Shown here: positions 58,229-64,000 of the stretch, piece by piece
How the letters are laid out: each line of letters begins with the position of its first letter
Position numbering within the stretch: position 1 is the first letter of the stretch
Translations under genes and position numbers: made by a program
Notes under the pieces: generated by a model
Told to the model about the DNA's origin: nothing
The model's input: the letters and a program-made list of their open reading frames with translations, nothing else
The model's database searches: none
Source: Gammaproteobacteria bacterium
GTDB lineage: Bacteria; Pseudomonadota; Gammaproteobacteria; Steroidobacterales; GCA-2729495
Direction of reading: 5' to 3'
NCBI GenBank assembly: GCA_049290495.1
Contig: JBATNV010000318.1
Span: 4,709 to 68,708 of the forward strand
Length of the DNA stretch: 64,000 nt

Positions 58229-60319
58229 TCAGGCCCAGCCTGACCAGTCACCGCGGTTCTCAACGACGTGAAACAGCGCCGCGATGACGCGGCGGTCGAA
58301 CTGCGTACCGGCACCGCGCAAGAGTTCTGCCAGCGCATCGTCCATCGACATGCCCTGCCGGTACGCACGCGCACTGACCAGCGCAACGAAGGCGTTGGCG
58401 ACTGAAAGTATCCGCCCGGACAGGCTCATCTGTTCTTCAGTCAGGCCGCGCGGATAGCCGCTGCCGTCCAGACGTTCCTGCTTCTGCGCAATCACATCCA
58501 GCACCGGGCCATCAAAATCCAGGCCCTTGAGAAGCTCCAGGCTGTAGGCGACATGCTTTTGCAGCAGCTCGCGGTCGGCTGATGTGAGCGGCTCTGTCTT
58601 CAACAGCAAATCGCCGGGCAGCATGATCTTGCCGATGTTGGCCAAGGTCGCCGCCAGGCCCAGCGTCGCCTGCTCGTCCGCCGGCAGCTCAAGTTCGCGC
58701 GCCACAGCCTGCGCCACCTCGGCCATGCGGTTTGCGTGATGCGCCGAGTATGGATCGTGGAGGTCTACGGCATCTGAAAGCGCGCCGACCAGGCTGCGCA
58801 GCATGTCGGCGTGATGCTGCTCGGCCAGACGCAGGTCGGTGACATCGTTCAACACCAAGAGGACCAGTTGTCTTCGCTCGCCGATCCGCTCGACAGGTAT
58901 GAAGCTGGCCTGGTAACTGCCCAGCGTGGAATCGATCTGCAACTGCATCACGCGCTGTACCGGGACACGCTGCCGGCGCGCTTCGTCGCTGAGCGCAGCG
59001 ATCTCGGCCGCCATATTTGTGCCGAATATCGCGCTGATCCGGCTGCCGACCATGCCGGCTATCGTGTTCTTTACCGCGTTCGCCGTGGCCTGGTTGGTAA
59101 ACACCACTTCCTGATCGCGGTTCATGAGCACGGTCAGCACATCGATATTGTCGGTAATCGTATGCAGGAGATCGGTCTGTTTCTGCAGCTTGGCTGCCTT
59201 GCTGCGCAGTTCTTCCGCCTGATGCCGCGCGCGCACGCTGCTGCCGTGGCGCCACGCCGCTACTGCAAGCGTCGCGATACTGAACAGCAGCAGGGACAGC
59301 GTCGCGAGCAGGAAGCGCCGGCGCTCATCGGCTGTGCTCAAGGCATCCTTCGCGTTGACGCCCTGTATCAGCACCCACGGCTCGCCGGCGGATACCAGAC
59401 CACGGATCCGCCGGCTGACCTGCAACATCGGTACACCGCGATAGTTGTCGAGGCTCACGAATTCGCCCGGCGACAGCACAGCGGCAACTTCAGCAAGATC
59501 GGAGCGCTCGATCGGCAGGCTGCGGCGCAAAGGCGCACCGCCGTCCGGTGTCGGCGAGAGAAAGACGATGGTGTCGTCGTGGCGCGCCACCAGCAGGGTT
59601 TCACTGTCTTCGGCAAAGGCCGGCCCGCGACTGAGCAGCGGATAGAGCTCCTGCTCGGCACTGCGCACACCGATCAGCACGCCATTGGGTGGGCCGCCAC
59701 CGGTCAGGGAGCCGGACACCGCAGCCACCGATACCGCGATCACCACGACGGCGCGGTCCTGGGGATCGAGCCGCAGATCGACCAGCGTCGTGCCCGGACT
59801 CGCGAGTGCGTGGCGCATCACGTCACCATAGCTGTCTGCAAGCTCGCCGAGACCCGGCGTGACCACCACCGGCCGAAGTTCGGCATCGAGCAGCGCCAGA
59901 CCGTAGCTGAGCGAACGCGGCAGGTTGGCCGGCACACGGGTTGCGGGATCGGGCATATAGCCGCCGCGCTCAGCCGCTGCGAGCATCAGGTTGCGCAGAT
60001 AGGCCTGCTGTGCCGACTCGACCTGTACGCCATCCGGCGTCTGCTGCTGGCGCGCACGCACCAGCTGCCACAGGTAGAGCTGCAGCGATGCATTGTTGGC
60101 CAGTTCGCGGAGATCGCGCTGATCGGCAGCCAGCGACCGGGCCAGCGCATCGGCCTTGCTGTCGGCCACCAGGCCGAGGCGTGTCTCCCATTGCAGGAGA
60201 TCGCGCTGTCGTTCGTTCTCTATATATATGTTGATCAGCAGTCCGCCGATACCGATCAGCACCACCAGGGCGAGAATAGCGGCCATCACAGACCGCCGGA
60301 TATTCAGCTGCTCGGTCAT
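58229..60319 (-). CDS. membrane sensor with periplasmic domain, PAS and degenerate HD-GYP domain
   Basis: Two TM segments flank a periplasmic region of about 310 aa. PAS-like segment. HD-GYP-like ..HDPYSAHHANRM..LANIGK..KQERLDGSGYPRGL..ANAFVAL.. ATGA overlap with the upstream BTLCP gene. Confidence 0.85.
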   Translation of the reverse strand: MTEQLNIRRSVMAAILALVVLIGIGGLLINIYIENERQRDLLQWETRLGLVADSKADALARSLAADQRDLRELANNASLQLYLWQLVRARQQQTPDGVQVESAQQAYLRNLMLAAAERGGYMPDPATRVPANLPRSLSYGLALLDAELRPVVVTPGLGELADSYGDVMRHALASPGTTLVDLRLDPQDRAVVVIAVSVAAVSGSLTGGGPPNGVLIGVRSAEQELYPLLSRGPAFAEDSETLLVARHDDTIVFLSPTPDGGAPLRRSLPIERSDLAEVAAVLSPGEFVSLDNYRGVPMLQVSRRIRGLVSAGEPWVLIQGVNAKDALSTADERRRFLLATLSLLLFSIATLAVAAWRHGSSVRARHQAEELRSKAAKLQKQTDLLHTITDNIDVLTVLMNRDQEVVFTNQATANAVKNTIAGMVGSRISAIFGTNMAAEIAALSDEARRQRVPVQRVMQLQIDSTLGSYQASFIPVERIGERRQLVLLVLNDVTDLRLAEQHHADMLRSLVGALSDAVDLHDPYSAHHANRMAEVAQAVARELELPADEQATLGLAATLANIGKIMLPGDLLLKTEPLTSADRELLQKHVAYSLELLKGLDFDGPVLDVIAQKQERLDGSGYPRGLTEEQMSLSGRILSVANAFVALVSARAYRQGMSMDDALAELLRGAGTQFDRRVIAALFHVVENRGDWSGWA

Positions 60320-60966
60320 GGCGCGCGCGGAACGTGAATCCACCAATGGGCTTCATTGATGGAAAATACCGGTGCGTAGTGGACGACATCACGCTGCGAC
60401 AGTACCGCCTGTACCTGGTTGTCGAGAATAAAAACGTCCATGCCGCGCGCGACTGCCAGCACCGCATGCGGGACGCGCAGATTGGTGTCCTGCACGATCA
60501 CCAGGCGCAGGTCGTCGTCCGCAAGGCCAAGCCAGCGCAGCGAGAAAAACTTGGTGATGGCGTAGTCCTCACAGTCGCCGCCGTTGCTCAAAAACTCTCT
60601 GGGAATGGCCCAGTAATCCTCAACGCCGTAGTTCTGCAGATCGAGCACGTAATTGCGGCTGTTGGCGTAGAGGTTTACGGCCTTCAATTGCTCGCGTACC
60701 GGCAGCGTGCGGGTCTGGTCGATAAAGCGCCGCCACTCCGCCATATGACAACGATTGATCATCCGCGCGCTGCAGTCACCGTCCTGCAGATTATCGGTCA
60801 GCTGTCTTTCGAGGACCCGCAGCCATTGGGGAAAGTCGGCCAGCCGCTGCTGCGGCTCCTCGGCATAGCCGAACAGGTCCGCAGGAAAGGCCTGGGCTAC
60901 ATTCTGGCCAGCACCGTACAGACCGATCGCAAGCGTCAGTAGAGTTGCTTTAACAGAAGCCGACAT
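60316..60966 (-). CDS. transglutaminase-like cysteine peptidase (BTLCP / peptidase C93, LapG-like)
   Basis: Signal peptide; ..NGGDCEDYAITKFFSLRWLG.. (Cys), ..PHAVLAV.. (His), ..FILDN.. (Asp). Confidence 0.85.
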   Translation of the reverse strand: MSASVKATLLTLAIGLYGAGQNVAQAFPADLFGYAEEPQQRLADFPQWLRVLERQLTDNLQDGDCSARMINRCHMAEWRRFIDQTRTLPVREQLKAVNLYANSRNYVLDLQNYGVEDYWAIPREFLSNGGDCEDYAITKFFSLRWLGLADDDLRLVIVQDTNLRVPHAVLAVARGMDVFILDNQVQAVLSQRDVVHYAPVFSINEAHWWIHVPRAP

Positions 60967-61035
60967 GCTTGATTTGAGCTATGGATCGTCATCAAGTAAG
61001 GTGCACAAGTGTTTGCGACTAGAACAAAAAGGATT

Positions 61036-62316
61036 ATGGAAAGCAAGCTCTTACGCCGATTATCACCGGCCCCCTTCCTGGCCCTGCTGCTCGTTTGCAC
61101 GCCGCTGCTCGCAGATCAGCTGCAGGACGACTTTGACCAGGCCATGCAGGCTGTCGACCAGAACAAGCTGCGCACTGCGAGGGAACGTTTGACCAGCCTG
61201 CTGGCTACAAACCCGAGCCTGAGCCGGGCGCGGCTCGAACTTGCCCGGGTGTACTACCTTGCCGAGGACTATCCCAAGGCGCGCGAGGAAGCACAGCGTG
61301 TCGCCGATGACCCGAACACACCGCCATCGGTACGCGCCACCGTGCTCGCATTTCTCGCGCAGATAGATGCCGACCAGAAGAATGGCACGGGGCGACATCA
61401 CTGGACACCTTCAATCTATGCCGGACTGATGTATGACTCCAACGTCAACGTCGGCCCGTCACGCGACATCATCGACATCAACGGCACCCCCGCCACCGTA
61501 CTTCCCGAATCGCAGGAGAAGGACGACTGGGCGATGGTGATCAGCCCCGGTATCGCGCACACCTGGAATCCTGGCAAGCGCTTCGACGCCGGCGAACAGC
61601 AGGGATATTTCCTGTGGCAGAGCCAGGCCAACGCCTACTACCGCGCCTATGCCGATGAAACCGATTACAACCTCGGTATCCTGACCTTGCGCACCGGTCC
61701 CGCCTGGATCGTGCCGGGACACTGGCGCGCCGGCATCGGCCTGCAGGGCGACCAGATTTTTCTTGGCGGCGACAACCTGGCCTGGTTCACGACGCTGAAC
61801 CCGAACATCACCTGGGAACTCGGCAACAATACCGAACTGTCGCTGGATGGCATCGCCACCGATCGCCGCTATCACGACAACGATGAGGACGGGCGGGAAG
61901 GCGTGTACCTGAGCGCGAACGCAATCCTTAGCCATTACTACAGGAACCGGACTATCGGCATACAGGCCGGTATCGGCTATGCCAACTTCAATGCGGACGA
62001 TGATCGTTTTGGGTATGACGCACCCGATCTGATGCTTGGCGTGATCGTCGAGGCCTGGCAGGGCGGCTCGGTCTACGCGCGGGTCAACTATCGGCATTAC
62101 GAGTTCGACGGGCCCGAGCCTGCACCCTTTGCGCCGGCAGTGCGCGACGAGGACGAAATCCGTATCGCCGTCGGCTTTCAGCATCAGTTCCGCAGCGATG
62201 CGTTGCAGAACTGGGTGCTGCTCGGCAGCTGGGTGCACACCAACAACAACTCGAACGTCGCAATCTATGAGTATGACCGCGACGTCGTAAATCTCGGTAT
62301 GGCGCGCAATTTCTGA
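61036..62316 (+). CDS. Slam-like (DUF560) outer-membrane protein: N-terminal TPR plus beta-barrel
   Basis: Signal peptide MESKLLRRLSPAPFLALLLVCTPLLA. TPR region (..RARLELARVYYLAEDYPKAREE..). Barrel ends ..YEYDRDVVNLGMARNF. Confidence 0.8.
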   Translation: MESKLLRRLSPAPFLALLLVCTPLLADQLQDDFDQAMQAVDQNKLRTARERLTSLLATNPSLSRARLELARVYYLAEDYPKAREEAQRVADDPNTPPSVRATVLAFLAQIDADQKNGTGRHHWTPSIYAGLMYDSNVNVGPSRDIIDINGTPATVLPESQEKDDWAMVISPGIAHTWNPGKRFDAGEQQGYFLWQSQANAYYRAYADETDYNLGILTLRTGPAWIVPGHWRAGIGLQGDQIFLGGDNLAWFTTLNPNITWELGNNTELSLDGIATDRRYHDNDEDGREGVYLSANAILSHYYRNRTIGIQAGIGYANFNADDDRFGYDAPDLMLGVIVEAWQGGSVYARVNYRHYEFDGPEPAPFAPAVRDEDEIRIAVGFQHQFRSDALQNWVLLGSWVHTNNNSNVAIYEYDRDVVNLGMARNF

Positions 62317-62348
62317 GACGAAAAACCGAAGCAACAGCTTATGGAAAA

Positions 62349-62364
62349 TGTGACGCAGATCACA
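62349..62364. promoter_or_regulatory. consensus CRP-binding site TGTGA-N6-TCACA
   Basis: aaaTGTGAcgcagaTCACAtga, both half-sites perfect. Lies 33 nt after the Slam stop and 129 nt before the next start codon. Confidence 0.55.
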
Positions 62365-62419
62365 TGAATGACAACCGATCGGTGACCTGCGACACAATCT
62401 GGTGTAGAAAGAATATCAA

Positions 62420-62437
62420 CCGTCCATGGATGGACGG
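62420..62437. promoter_or_regulatory. perfect palindrome/hairpin in the leader of the cargo gene
   Basis: CCGTCCAT-gg-ATGGACGG inside an AT-rich patch. Confidence 0.3.
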
Positions 62438-62492
62438 ACGATAAATATAAACAGGGCAAGCCGCGCTACAGCGGCGCCCGGGGAAGATCAGC

Positions 62493-63641
62493 ATGAAAAC
62501 TCTCAGCCTGTTAGCCGTTCTGTTTTTGTTCGCATCTCCGCTGGCAGCGACTGCTGCCGGCGCACCGCAATCTGATGCCGACTGCGCCGCCCTGATCGAG
62601 CGCTGGGCGACCGATCCCAAGGCTGCACCGAAACAGGTTATCAACGACTGCAAGGACCAGCTGGCTCGCGCTTCGGCGCTGCCAGTCGCGGCAGCATCCG
62701 TGCAGATGGCTGCCGTCGATCCCTGCGCGGGACCCGGTGCGGCAGACTCGGTGCTCTGCTGGGGACCGTGGGCCAGCGTTGCGCCAGCAGCCGCCGGTTT
62801 CACCCCCGACATCTCACAGGCATCCGTACCGGATCGCGATATCTGCAATGCACGTACCGAGCAATGCCAGCCTCTGGTCGCCGAAGCGCCACCCGAGCTG
62901 CCACTCGGGAGCTGCACACCTGGGACGCCGTGTGGATTTGCTACGGTCGTCAGCGGCACCGCTTTCACGGATGACGCAGAGGACACGGCGTTCGGACGCT
63001 TTGACATGGCGCCCGACAGCAGCCGCTTCAGCATCGCACCGGAAAGCGGCGGCGAAAACATCGAGTCGGTAGGGATGACCACCTATCCCGACGGTCCGGG
63101 TTATATCCGCGCCAACGGCAGCGAGGGAGATCTCCTTTCCTATCTGAATGCCAGCATAGAACAGGATGGCGAGGGACAGGCACTGATCGCCTCTGATCTG
63201 TGGGCCCACGGCACGCTCGAAAATGCCCGGTCAGGTCGTTTTGCATGGGGCATTGCCACCAGCCAGCCCGGGCTCGACACGCTCAACGCGGGCAATGTCA
63301 GCCTGAACTTTGCAGGGGCGATGGGGGTGGATCCCACCACGGTCGGCTCCATGACCATCGCCTTCGGCACCAACCCGACTTGGACCGGTACCTGGACCAA
63401 CCCCGCTTACAGCTTCGGTGCCGGTGGCACGGTGAGTGGTGCAGATCTGATTTCACAACCAGGGCAGTTCACGAGTAATGTCAACGCGGCCCAGAGCTTC
63501 GTGCAGGGCGCACTGGTTGGCGAACAGGGTGCCCCACGCGGCATAACTCACATCATTGACGTCACACTCGAAGGACAGGGCCGCATCAAGGATATAGGCC
63601 TGCTCCGCGAAGTGATCGCCACACCTGTCATCAGCCCATAA
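62493..63641 (+). CDS. secreted protein with Cys-rich N-terminal half and TbpB-like C-terminal beta-barrel (candidate Slam cargo)
   Basis: Signal peptide MKTLSLLAVLFLFASPLAATAAG with no lipobox Cys. C-terminus ..VSLNFAGAMG..SMTIAFG..WTGTW..YSFGAGGTVSGADL..VQGALVGEQGAPRGITHIIDV.. resembles the 8-strand barrel of Slam-dependent surface proteins. Confidence 0.7.
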   Translation: MKTLSLLAVLFLFASPLAATAAGAPQSDADCAALIERWATDPKAAPKQVINDCKDQLARASALPVAAASVQMAAVDPCAGPGAADSVLCWGPWASVAPAAAGFTPDISQASVPDRDICNARTEQCQPLVAEAPPELPLGSCTPGTPCGFATVVSGTAFTDDAEDTAFGRFDMAPDSSRFSIAPESGGENIESVGMTTYPDGPGYIRANGSEGDLLSYLNASIEQDGEGQALIASDLWAHGTLENARSGRFAWGIATSQPGLDTLNAGNVSLNFAGAMGVDPTTVGSMTIAFGTNPTWTGTWTNPAYSFGAGGTVSGADLISQPGQFTSNVNAAQSFVQGALVGEQGAPRGITHIIDVTLEGQGRIKDIGLLREVIATPVISP

Positions 63642-63666
63642 CCGGCTTGTTTACGCGAGAAACGCC

Positions 63667-64000
63667 ATGCAAAAAATCCAACGCCTGACTGCCACGCTGC
63701 TGCTGATCGTTACCGGTACTGCCGCGCAGGCTGCCAGTCTCGCTCTCATGCCCTCTGCCGATACGGTGCAGCAGTTCGGCGCCTTTACCGTGAACCTGGT
63801 GCTCAATGCTGCGGGCGCGGAAGTAAAAGGCACGCACCCGGGACAGCACGGTGGCGAAATCAAGGTGAGCTTCGACCAGACCTTGTTGCGCTACGATGGC
63901 TTCAGCCTGGCGAGTGGTCTCGGCTTTATCTACTCACCGGCGGTCACCACGAGTGGCAATACCCAGACAGTACGGCTCGGTTTCAACAAGGCTGCTGATA
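63667..64000 (+). CDS. secreted protein, possibly cohesin-domain-like (partial, runs off the window end)
   Basis: ATG at 63667; signal peptide ..LLLIVTGTAAQA; ..FTVNLVLNAAG..IKVSFDQTLLRYDGF.. No stop before 64000. Confidence 0.5.
   Translation, partial: MQKIQRLTATLLLIVTGTAAQAASLALMPSADTVQQFGAFTVNLVLNAAGAEVKGTHPGQHGGEIKVSFDQTLLRYDGFSLASGLGFIYSPAVTTSGNTQTVRLGFNKAAD

Noticed and set aside
56539-60337. Long antisense ORFs 56539-57612 (minus) and 58811-60337 (plus)
   Set aside because: They are shadows of the TonB-dependent receptor and the HD-GYP gene respectively, and no motifs are present.
1-64000. Search for CRISPR arrays, IS elements/transposases, integrases, prophage genes, tRNA/rRNA, and toxin-antitoxin or known defence-system signatures
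   Set aside because: None found by eye. The only tandem repeat is the hexanucleotide microsatellite. There are no long direct or inverted terminal repeats, no recombinase-like ORFs and no cloverleaf-like intergenic sequences. The AT-rich patches are short (about 50 bp) and sit between convergent genes.

Overview
GC-rich, gene-dense proteobacterial (probably gammaproteobacterial) chromosomal segment with about 55 supportable CDS. I saw no rRNA, tRNA, CRISPR array, transposase or integrase. All family names come from reading the translated ORFs and recalling motifs; no database search was run. The window is dominated by cell-envelope and second-messenger functions. (1) 3.6-6.6 kb: a radical-SAM/Cys-rich cassette with a DUF2064-type and a GT2-type transferase. 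(2) 6.6-16.1 kb: a ten-gene minus-strand operon (redoxin, TPR proteins, ExbB, two ExbD, an AgmX/PglI-type TonB-like protein). Its leader carries what looks like a c-di-GMP-I (GEMM-I) riboswitch at about 16.31-16.45 kb. (3) 18.1-21.2 kb: a CphA-like ATP-grasp gene overlapping a GNAT-BKACE fusion gene. (4) 21.3-35.1 kb: a divergent pair of operons encoding an entirely extracytoplasmic set: three CXXCH proteins (one a beta-propeller dihaem lipoprotein), TlpA, DUF4266, DUF3570, ApbE, two further OM barrels, a Tat-exported DUF1501/1552-like protein and a methyltransferase-PqqD fusion. I consider this the best candidate for an undescribed envelope redox system. (5) 35-47 kb: a PepSY/two-component operon, a (GGCAAT)n microsatellite, can, fsr, and a UbiD plus 4-hydroxybenzoyl-CoA-reductase-like molybdoenzyme. 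(6) 46.4-55.4 kb: a cyclic-nucleotide module (Crp, CHASE2 cyclase, FecR-TPR-barrel giant, Cys-rich protein, metzincin) flanked by a second Crp gene, with Crp-type palindromes. (7) 56-64 kb: a TonB-dependent receptor, a BTLCP (LapG-like) protease coupled to a degenerate HD-GYP membrane protein, and a Slam (DUF560) gene followed by a TbpB-barrel-like cargo preceded by a perfect CRP consensus site. Many long ORFs in the track are antisense shadows typical of GC-rich DNA and were not called.
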